Source: Okamejei kenojei
Lineage: Eukaryota
Assembly (NCBI GenBank): GCA_035221665.1
Contig: CM069146.1
Coordinates: 23,064,001 to 23,128,000, forward strand
Direction: 5' to 3'
Length of the DNA stretch: 64,000 nt
Both the position numbers and the translations under genes were made by a program. Of this stretch, positions 48,301-60,200 are shown piece after piece. The stretch's first letter is position 1, and each line of letters opens with the position of its first letter. The notes under the pieces were generated by a model, which was not told the origin of the DNA, did no database searches, and worked only from the letters and a program-made list of their open reading frames with translations.

Positions 48301-51300
48301 TTTTTTTTCCTCCAGGGGGTAAATGAGACGACAGATTGATTTGTATCATCTTTCACTCACCGCCCATGCTACCGACAGAGCGAGCCTGTTCGCTGCTTTT
48401 AGTGCCGTAGCTTCAGGCTATTGGTTCTGAACCATCAGAGGGAAGATAGGAAGGGCTTGTGACCGTAATGTCTTCTTTTGTGCTCTGTGGAATGATGGCC
48501 TGGAGCTTCTGCCTGTCCCGAGAGGCTGGCGCTTTGTTTGGTGTGCGGGTGGAGGCTGGGTGTGCCTCACACTGACGTGAGTCAAGGGAGATGTGAGGTG
48601 AATAAAACAACAGACAATACAACATCTGGCACTGCATGCACCTGTGCCAGGTGTGCCAGTGCAGGAGAGAGGTATATACTTCAAATGAACGCCTGTACTG
48701 CCTTTTATGTTCCAAGTCTTACACAGTTGCAGATCAACTCGAGGTGATGTTGTAATGTTCTCTTGTGAAACAAGAACCCACTGTGACAAGTCTGAGCAGC
48801 GTGAAAATAGTCTGTTGCTCCCTACACTAAATATGCGATTTATTGATGTACGTTTGTTGGCTTCAACTTAATCAAATATCAAAAGGGGAGTTCAGTGTAG
48901 AAACAGTACTGTATAACAGCTGTGCATAAACGATTGAATTCCTACTTCAGGATGTTGTTGCTCAGTTTAAACAGAGGGCACTGATATATAAATATAAAGT
49001 GGTTGTAGAAAGCATTGGCTTAACAGTTACAATACAGCATTGCAGGTGTGACAGAGTCTTAAAGAGACACAGCACAGAGTCTGTGCCAACCACCAAACCT
49101 CCATTTTTTTCACTGAACCTACAGTGATCCCTTTATAATCTTCCCATATCCCCAACGTTTAGCCCTCCCCTCAGACTCTGTCATTCACTGACACACCAAG
49201 GCTAAATAACCTGCCAACCATGACCACGGGGGGAAAATGGAAAATGGAGGAGGACTGGCCAAATTTTGTGCCTTCCACCACAGTGATGAATGCTGTGGTG
49301 GATGTTTGTGTTGAATTTTTGTTGTTTTTGTGTGTTCTTTTTTCATTGTGCCGCTGCTGGCAAATTCATTTCGCTTGCACTTTATGTGCAAGTGACGAAT
49401 AAAACTGATATTAATTAATATTGAACCTGCATGTCGCAGGGATGTGAGAGGAAACCGGACCACACGGAAGAAACGTATGCAGTCATAGGGAGAACGTACA
49501 AACTCCACACAGGGTCAGCATTGAACCCGGGTTGCTGGAGTGGTGTGGCAACAGGTCTACTAGCTGTGCCACCGTGCTGCCCCTGTATTGCTGAATGGCT
49601 ATTTTAGTCTTGGGTCCCTGATGCAAACATTCCTCTTGAATAAATGCCAAGACCACTTGGGAGAGTTCAACATCTGGTACCACCATTTCCCATTTCTGTT
49701 TGCATGTGAAGGCTATGGCCTGCTGCCCATCAACAGTAAGAGCGTTGAGTAGTTTAATTTAGAGATACAGCATGGAAACAGGCCCTCCTACCCACTGAGA
49801 CAACGCCAAACCTGCGATTCCCGCACACAAAACACTATCCTGCACACACCATGGATAATTTTACAATTTTACCAAGCCAATTAGCCTACAAACCTGTACG
49901 TCTTTGGAGTGTGGGAGGAAACCAGAGCCCCCGGAGAAAACACACGCAGGTCGCGGGGTGTACGTACAAAAGTCTGTACAGGCAGCAACCGTGGTCAGGA
50001 TTGAACCCGGGTCTCTGGTGCCCTAAGGCAGCAAATCTACCTCTGCGCCATATAAAGGTTGCCTCGGTGTGCCACCGAATGTGCCAGGCGTACGGTGTGC
50101 AACCGTATAGAGGTTACAGCTGTTCAAGATGTACTTGGAGTATTGTATTCAGTTTATGACTTGTTCACATCTGCACCTGACATTGGAGAATTATTTCAGT
50201 TATGAATTTTGATCGCTTTTAGTTCAGCTCAAAGCTTGTTGCCTCCATCTAGTTGCAAGTTCAGATGCGATCAACACAAGTAATCACCAGTTCTGATGGA
50301 AATATAATTAACTTCCCACTTTTTATGTGCATTTTCTCTTGAAATGTTTTATGGCGGAGAGACATAAAATTCAGACGATAAAGAGGGAGGTGTTTCCTTT
50401 GTATAGTTGTCATTTAATTACCTTTGAAGAACGGTTCTAGAGATCGAAGTGCCGAGGGAATAGAAAAGTTAATGGGGCTCAGTGTACACCAGCAATAACA
50501 TCAGTGAAACATAGACTAGTCACAAGTTGCTGGATTGCCTTCTGCTCTGACCTTGAAAAATCATTGCTGCCCATTCACAAGTTAGGACCATGATGGAATA
50601 CTCCCTTAGACTTTAGAGATACAGCACAGAAACCCACCGACAATTTACAATTTTTACTGAACCTTATTAACCTACAAACCTACATGTCTTTGGAGTAATG
50701 GAGACATAGAGTGATACAGCGTGGAAACAACTTTGTCCCAACATGCCCACAACGGCCAACATCATCCAGTCACATTAGTCCCACCTTCTCGCTTTTCACC
50801 CGTATCCCTCCAAACCTGTCCTATCCATGTACCTGTCTAATTGTTTCTTAAATGTTGAGATAGTCCCTTCCTCAACAACCTCCTCTGGCAACTAGCTCCA
50901 GACTTCCGCCACCATTTGTGTGAAAAAGGTACCCCTCAGATTCCTATTAAATCTATTTCCCTTCACCTATGTCCTCTTGTCCTCGATTCACCTATTCTGG
51001 GTAAGAGACTATGCATCTACCCGATCTATTCCTTATTCTTTTATACACCTCTGTAAGATCACCCTTCATCCTCCTGCACTCCAAGGAATAGAGTCCCAGT
51101 CTAAACCTCCCTATGGATCGGACCCTCTAGTCCCGGCAAAATCCTTGTAAATTTTTTCTGTACCCTTTCCAGCTTGCAACGTTTTTTCCATAACATGGTG
51201 CCCAGAACTGAATACAATACTCTAAATGCGGTCTTGCCAACGTTTTACACAACTGCAACATGACCTCCCAACTCCTATACTCAATACTCTGACTGATGAA

Positions 51301-54300
51301 GTCCAATGTCCTAAATGCCTTTTTGACACCCTATCTACTAGCAACTCCTCCTTCAAGGAACCATGTACCTGTACTCCTAGATCCTCTGCTCTACAGCACT
51401 CCTCGAAGCCCTACCATTCAATGTGTAGGTCCTGCCCATGTTAAACTTCCCAAAATGCAACACCTCACATTTCTCTGTATTAAATTCCATCAACCATTCC
51501 TCAGCCCACTTAGTGTGGGAGGAAACTGGAGCTCCAGGAGAAAATACATGCGGTTACTGGGATAATGTAGCATGCAATAAAAAGGTCTTTGCCACAACTC
51601 CGCACACATGACAATAAACAAAACGAAACGAAAAGAACGTTAAAAAAACGTACAGCCAGCATCCGGGGTCAGGATCGAATTCGGGTCTCTGGCGCTGGAA
51701 GGCAGTAACTGTGTCACCCTCTGGGCTTTCAAACAGTGATATTAATTTGCTTCCTGGTGTTCAGATGCTTTCCCTGAGCTCGGAAGATGAATCAATTCAG
51801 GATTAAGAGTATTGTGTTGTTGGAAGCCAATCATAGACTTGAGGTGAGGTTTATTGTGGTTCACAGAAACCTGTAATTTAGTGGGACAGATTTCCAAATT
51901 AACAAAGGAAACAAACCGTAAACATGAATGTAAGTTTGCCTGCAATTAAAGCTTTATTGTGGATTAGCAGTTGTGAAACATAAGGGGGTAGAAATGTTTC
52001 TTTGATCGTAAAAGTTGTGCATATCATTATTGTACTCCCTTCTGTTACTTGATTCCTTAGAAGATAATTATGGCTTCGAAGGAACCAAATTTTGGAACTG
52101 GGTTAAAATGTGCGTCCACTAATATATTTGCATGTTCAGTGTGAATGATTAAGGAACGTGTTAAAGGATATAACCTTATGCGCCAGAGACTCGGGTTCGA
52201 TCCTCACTGCGGGTGCAGTCTGTACAAAGTTTGCATGTTCTCCCTGTGACTGTGTGGGTTTCCTCCTTCACTCCAAAGATGTGCAGGTTTGTAGGTTAAT
52301 TGGCTTCTGTAACTTGTAAATTGTCCCTAGTGTGGAGGATAGTTCTATGGTATGGGCGATCGCTGGTCAGCGAGGATTTGGTGGGCCAAAGGGCCTGTTT
52401 CCACGCTGTATCTCTAAACTAAACAACAATTTTTATCTCTGATTATTCTCTGATGAGATGTGGGCGTCTTTGCCAAGGCCATGAGATGCTGCCCATCCCT
52501 AACCACCCGTGAGAAACCATCTTGATGCCCTCATTTTGCTATTGGGGAGGGAGTTCCAGGATTTGGAGATAGTGAAATGAAGGAATGGCGATATATTAGT
52601 TTGTCTGCATCTTAGAGGGGAATCTACAACTGGTTGTGTACTCAAACATGCCAAGTGCTTCTTTGGTAAAGAGAAATTCCATGTTCATTGAGACAAGAGT
52701 GTGCAAGGATTTTGAATAGACTATTTTCCATAACTTTTCTTTCATTTCCTCCACCGATCTCCTCATTTTAGTTTAGTTTTGCTTAGAGATAGAGCGCAGA
52801 AACAGGCCCTTCAGCCCACCGGGTCCACTCTGACCAGGAATCCCCGTACACTAACACTATCCTACACACTAGGGATAATTTACAGTTTTTACAGAATCCA
52901 ATTAACCTACAAACCTGTAGTGTGGGAGGATACCGGAGCACCAGGAGAAAAGCCACGTGGCCACAGGGAGAAACATAGAAACATAGAAACATAGAAATTA
53001 GGTGCAGGAGCAGGCCATTTGGCCCTTCGAGCCTGCACCGCCATTCAATATGATCATGGCTGATCATCCAACTCAGTATCCTGTACCTGCCTTCTCTCCA
53101 TACCCCCTGATCCCTTCAGCCACAAGGGCCACATCCAACTCCCTCTTAAATATGGCCAACAAACTATCTTCTGTGGCAGAGAATTCCACAGATTTACCAC
53201 TCTCTGTGTGAAAAACGATTTTCTCATCTCGGTCCTAAAAGACTTCCCCCTTATCCTTAAACTGTGACCCCTTGTCCTGGACTTCCCCAACATCGGCAAC
53301 AATATGGACAGGAAAGTACAAACTTCATACAGACAGCCCCTTTACTCAAGATCGAACCTGGGTCTGGCCCTGTAAGGCAGCAGCTCCTCCGCTGCTCCAC
53401 CATGCCACCCCTCCTGGGGAAAATTTCAATGAGACTTTTTGGGAGTGATCGCTCCCTGGCATGCACTGCTATGGATGTGGTGGAAGTCTACATGATGGTA
53501 ACATTTAAGAGGCTTTTAGACAAGATCGTAAACAGCAAGGGATGGACGGCTATGGATAAAGTGCAGGTAGATGGCATTAAATTAGTTCAACTTGGCAGCA
53601 TGACGGGCACAGACATCGAGGGCTGAATGGGCCTTTCCTGCATTATGGGCTGCATTGTTGCTGATCTACACGATGTATCTCAATAGATCGAATGGTTTCC
53701 TATGTCATGAAATTATAGGAGACTAGACACTGGCATATACCATTTTCATTTGCACATGTTGCACGTGCTAACAGTAATTATTGTTGGTTTCATAAATATA
53801 ACTCACCAAAAATGGATATATTTTCATTGTGATTGTTATATAAACATTTAAATCAGTTGAACAACAGCTTTAAGCTGGTGTTCGTTTTTGTTGTCAGTGC
53901 AGAGGCAACAGTACCTAATAAATACAGCAAGACCTCTGTTAATGCAGGAGGATTTGATTTCAATACTAGCGTAGAGATTTTTTGGAAGCGGATTTGAATG
54001 GCAATGTCTTCCTCCATTAGTATAACATTTAAAAGATATTTGTATAGGTATATGGACAGGAAAGGTTTAAAGAGATATGGGCCAAATATGGGCAGGTGGG
54101 ACTAGTGTAGTTGGGGAGCCTTGCTCATCATGGGAAGTTGGGCCGAAGGGCCTGTTTCTGTGCTGTATGACCATGACTACCATAGAGTAGATGAAACTGC
54201 TTCTGGAACATTATCCCCATGTTCCCCCCTCATGAAGGGTGGACTTGCAATAGAGGGGCTGCAGTGAAGGTTCATTGGATTGGATTCTCAGGTGACAGGC

Positions 54301-57193
54301 ATATTGTTGAGGAGAGGAGAAGCAGATGACTTGTTCACTTTAGTAGAGTGGAAGGCGATTGTATTGAAATGGACTAAATTCTTAAGGGCCGGTCAGCAAA
54401 GGAGATTACCTACAGCTATCTCGTCTACCTACAACAACATGGCGACCCCACTACCACTGCACAACGAGTTCAAAAGTATTGATTTTCTCCATGCCGCCCA
54501 ATTTTTGCTCGCAGAAATTTTTTTAACAAGTTGAAAATTTTTCCGCGACCAAACTGAGGCTGCAAGTATGAACCACTATGCGGGAACTCCTCTCGACCAT
54601 GAAGGAGACTTACCAGAGACCACCTACGACCATGTGTCGACCATGCTGCAAGCTTGTGGCGAGCGCAGACTCTCCTAAACTTGCCAATAAGGTCACCATA
54701 GTGGGACAGACCCTTTATGGGACTTGACAGGATAAATGAAAAGTAAATGCCTTTCTCTGGTTTGGGAGTTCAGAACCAGGAGTTGCTGTCTCACAATAAC
54801 AAGTCAAAATCATTCAGGACAGGAATGAGATGAAATTTATTTCCATGTACAATAATTAACGTTTGGAGTTCTCTTCCCAAGAGGGCTGCTGAGGCTCAGT
54901 GGCTGGGTATATTCAAGGTGGAGAGACAAAGAACTGCAAATGCTGGTTGATACACAAAATGACACAAAGTGCTGGCGTAACTCAGCAGGTCAGGCGTGGA
55001 TTTTATATGGATAGGTCATATCCAGTTGAGAGACCCTTCTTTAGATTGCTAAAAAGGTCTGTTTGGCCCAGTCTGAAGAGAAAGATCCTGACCTACCATC
55101 CACCTCTTTGGAGACCTTTGAACTATTTTTAATCAGACTTTACTGGACTTTATCTTGCATAAACATTATTCCATTTATCCTCTATCTGCACACTGCGGAC
55201 GGCTTGATTGTATTCATGTATAGTCTTGTCACTGGCTGGATAGTACTCAACACAAAGCTTTTCTCCATATCTCAATACACGTGCCTATAATAATAAATTA
55301 AACTAGACAAAAATAGTTTTTCAAGGAAATACAGCGACCAACGTACAAGGAAAGCACCCACCAACTGGCAAAAGATCTAATTATCTGTTCACGTGATGTT
55401 GATCAATGGGTTAGAAAAAAAACTTAATTGGCTGTAGTATGGTTTTGTACCTTGTGAAAGGTGTCACATGTGTGGAAGTCTATGTTTAGGACGAATGCTA
55501 GCCCTCGCTTGCTACCCCGTAATAATCCTCATCACGATGTTATCATTAGATCTAAGGATTTACTTCAACAGTAAACAAACTGCCAGTGGAACCCTTGGGG
55601 TGGAAAAGAATTGTCAATGTTCAGCCCTAATGCAGTGCCTCCACCCAAAACATTAGCGATTCCTTTCCCCACAGAAGCTGGCCTACCTGCTGAGTTCCTC
55701 CAGCATGTTGCCTTTTGCTCCAGATTCATAAGTCTGCATTGGGATTTACTTCAAAAGAAAAGCTTGTTTGTATGTATCGGTGATGATGCTGTTAAATTTG
55801 GTGGAGAGGGAATCAGATTCTAGAATGGTGCTGACACAGGAAACTGCAGATGCCGAGAATCTTGAGCAAAACACCAAGTGCTGGTGCAATTCAACAGTTC
55901 TGGACCATTACTCTAGAGGCATGCGTTCAAATCTGGGGAATTTTAATTCAGTGATTATATTTTTTAAACTCTGGCACATCATGTAAAAGCTAGTCTCATG
56001 GATAGTAATCATGTAACTACCAGACTATCATCAAAACCTAAAATGAAAATCAATGTTAGCAATTTGTTACACAAAGCAACTTACTTTCCCACTGCTATGC
56101 CATTTCACCCGACATAGAAGTTCCCATTTTCCACACATTGCCTTCTTCCCCCATAATCTCTACTGCCGAGGATAACTTGTTTTCTCCCTTTCTCTGTTCT
56201 CTGTTCCAATGAAAGGTCTTCAACCGTAAATGCTAACTGCTTCTCTTAACTGCTGCTCCTTCCACAGAAGCTGCCTGACCTGCTGAGTTTTTCCAGCATG
56301 TTATGTTCTCTTGTGTTGTCAAAGCCCTCATGGTTCGCTAATGCTCCCGTAGAAAAGAAATCTGCTGTCCTTCCCCTATTTGTCTGCACGTGACTCCAGA
56401 CCCACTATTTTGGTTGGCACTTAACCGCAGTGGGGCAACGATGTACAAGCACCGATGTGCTGGTGTCCACGGTGATGTTCACATCTTTTGAGCAAATCAA
56501 AGAAAGTGCTCCTGCTCTGATGTTCTTGTGTAGCCCTCAGGCATTTGCTTTTCAATTAGATTTTATTTCAAAGGGGACAACAGGTGTGGTGATAAAAGCA
56601 AAGATTTGGATCCTCTGTTTAAAACTTGAGAAGGTAAACCTCGTGCAAGACATTGAATCTTTGCTGATGGAGGATGGCTGAATATTTGCCGGCAAGCTTG
56701 CTGAGTTTAGTCTGGGAGAAATTAATGATTTTTTAAGGTAGAGGTTAGGTCGGTAAGGTGGATAAAAGACTGGGCAAAGCTCTCAAAATTTAGAATAAAG
56801 GGAACAGCAGATGGTGGTTTAATAACCAAAAGATCAGTTCACAGTGCAGCGTAGGCATGTTGGCAGATTAATGGGGCAAAGTTCTCTTTTGCAGTAAAGC
56901 CAATCAGGAGGAACATGGCTTTAATTTGCATCTGATCTGCGCTTTATCTGATCCGCCCAGCAACATTGAAAGATGGCATTGTGTGCAAAATTACACAAGT
57001 GTTCCTTTCCGAGCACTTAAGTTCATTACGTTGACTGTGGTAACTCAAGGCTGGGTTTGCAGGCAGTGATTCAACATCAACAGCTGCCATTTATAAAGCA
57101 TTGAACATTCATCTCCCAAGGCACTTCCCGGCAACGTTGGCCAACAACCCTCAATTCCAAAGAAGACTTAGGATTTAAGAAGCATCTTGCAGT

Positions 57194-57238
<45 letters not shown>

Positions 57239-60200
57239 GGGGGGGTGACTGCAGAGCTTAGAGCTCAGGCAGCTGAAGGCATGGTTGCCAGTGGTGGAGT
57301 GATTGGAAACAGGAAACAAAGGCCGGATATGGTGTAATGCAGAGACCTCAAAGGATGACATGGCTGGAAGAGATCATGGAGGACAGAGACTACGGAGAGT
57401 CAGAAAACATGGAAGATAGATATCAGGATGCAATTTTACTTCACTGGGAGCCAGAGTGCACAGTGTGACCCGGGCGTATAGTAGGAGAGAAAGGTTAAGA
57501 GAGTATTGAAATGATCAGATTTAAATGTAACAGAAGCATAACCTAAAGAAGAGCCACAAGAGTGCTGATGGTCACCCTGCTATAGGAAAGATGCCCTTTA
57601 AGCTGGAAAGGTTTACCAAGATGGTGACAGGTCTCAAAGTCCTGAACTATCAGGAGAGATTGGGAAGGCTTTATTCATAGAACATAGAACCTAGAAAGGT
57701 ACACCATGGGAACAGGTCCTTCGGCCCACAATGTCTGTGCCAAACATATGATGCAAGACCATCACGTATCTACCTGCGCATAATCCATATCCCTCCGCTC
57801 CCTGCATATCCACGTGCCTATCCAAAAGTCTCTCAAACACACTATTGTAACTGCCTCCACAACCACCCCAGGCAGCACCTTCCAGGCACTCATCACCCTC
57901 TGTAAAATAAACACAATCTCCACACATCTCCTTTAAAGTTTGCCCTCTCACCGTAAAGCTATACCCTCGTATATTTGATATTTCCACGCTGGGAAACAGG
58001 CTCTAACGGTCTACCCTATCTATGCCTTTCATAATTTTACATACTTCTTTCAAGTCTCCCTCAACCTCTAGTGTTCCAGAGAAAACAATCCTTGTCTGTC
58101 CAACCTCTCCGTGTAGCTAATAACACCTCCTAACCAGGCATCATTCTGGCAATCCCCGATGTGCCCTCTCTGAAGCCATAATGGGGCGGTTGGATCAGGA
58201 GCAGATGAGGCTGATAGTTGATCTTATAGAGGTGTATAAAATCATGAGAGGAATACGTAGGGTGAGAGCAGAGTTTTTTTTCCTGGAGTAGGGGAATAAC
58301 GAACTAGCGGGCATAGGTTTAAGTTGAGAGGGCAAAGGTAGAAACCTGAGGGAAAACGTTTTCACACAGTGACTAAATGGAATGAGCTGGCAGAGGAAGT
58401 AGTTGACTGAACAATTACGAAGTTAATGAACTGGGGTCAGGGTCCCGAGAAGAGGGAATGTCCAGGGTGAGACTCGGTGGGGGGTGGGGGCTCTGGTGTT
58501 CGGTGGGAAGATGTGTAACTGTGCTGAGATTAATGCATAAACAGAGACCTGTGGGGTTGGGCTGGTCTGCTTTGGTGCTGTCAATGTGTGAGGGTCATTT
58601 TCAATGGGGCACGTGGTGAGCCTGAGGAGAGGTAATTCATCCGTGTGAAAGGAATGTTTTGTTTTAAATTCCTAAACTTCTTCGGCAGCTAGTTCTTCCT
58701 CCACTAAATTCACGGATCGTCGAAAGCACCAGGAGCAACGAAGTTGACATGTCAATTAGGCATACCATGTTTTTAGTCATCCTTTACTTAACCCTGCCTT
58801 ACTTGTAAAATTCTGTGTACTTTGGAATCAAACCTGGTCCCAGGATTGCGACAGGTTTGGTCACGAAGTTAAGTCTGAACTTCGAAATACCTTTTCCCAT
58901 TAGACTTTTTGCTCCCCTTATTATCCAGACAAGACATGCCATCTCCTGTTGTGCCGAGCTATAGAATTCTTTGTCTTCCACCCATTCTCCAGGCTTCCTA
59001 GGATCCAAGCTTACTGTCTCCTCTTACTTGCTGAGTTCAACAGTGCCCTCCCATTTGGCCCATCGCCAACTTCACTCAAACAAGGGCAATGTGATGTTAA
59101 ACCCGGGCGTATAACTCAAGCATTCGGATGTGGCCGAGAACTGCTTTCCAACACAACAGAAGATGTCTGCAGCAGCCAGCGAGTCCATCTCGCCGGTCTC
59201 CCAACCACTCATTCTTATGTCCAGGCTTAAGGCATTAATAACCTGGAGAAGACCTGCGATTAAGCTTTAACTCCATTTACCTGTTTTGGCTCCATGTGCA
59301 TTGACAACTTAACAAAATCTTTTAATCCTGATTTAGTTTAGAGATACAGCATTGAACTGAATCCATGCCGATCATTAATCACCCATTCACACTAGTTCTA
59401 TGTCTTACACACTCAGTGCTCAGCACTATTCTACGCATTAGGAACAGTTTAAAATTTTACCAAAGCCATTTAACCTATAAACCTATACATCTTTGGAGTG
59501 TGGGAGGACACCGGAGCACCCGGAGAAAACCCCACGGTCACAGGGAGAACGTACAAACTCCGTACAGACAGCACCCATGGTCAGAATCGAATCTGGGTCT
59601 CTGGCTCCACAAGGCACCAACTCTACCACTGCACCACCATGCCGCCCTGTGTATTAAGAGATTTAGGGGAATCTGAGATTAGATTGAAAAGTGGACAATC
59701 TCACTTCACATTATTCCCTACGGAGTGGTAGTGATTATATTGTTGTCTTTATTAAAAAAGCAGATGTAAAATTGCATTAACTCAACCCAATTTGAAATGT
59801 GATTTTTCTTGTCGATTCCTCCTCTGTTGCTCTCAGGAGATTCAGATAACCGGCTGGGAGAGAAGATCCTGAGTGCGAACACAGCCTCCTTCACCCTGGA
59901 GAACCTGGTGCCAGACACCGAGTACATCGTCACCCTTCAGCCCCTGCACACAGGCAACACAACACTGCCGTCTTTGGTCTCTGGAAAGACATGTAAGTAC
60001 CTCTGAGCTTCTGAGAGATGGCCAGCATGACCTGGACAGAAGAGACAGAGTGCTGGAGTAACTCAGCGGGTCAGGCAGCATCTCAGGAGAACATGAGCAG
60101 ATGACATTTCAAGATAATAGTTCGATGGTTCTCTCATTATCACATGTTCCAAGGCACAATTAAATTATTTTTTTGCTCACAGATCAGAAAGATTATTGCA

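Noticed and set aside
57468-59115. Shared 13-mer ACCCGGGCGTATA at about 57468 and 59101
   Set aside because: Too short, and no extended similarity or element structure is evident between the sites.
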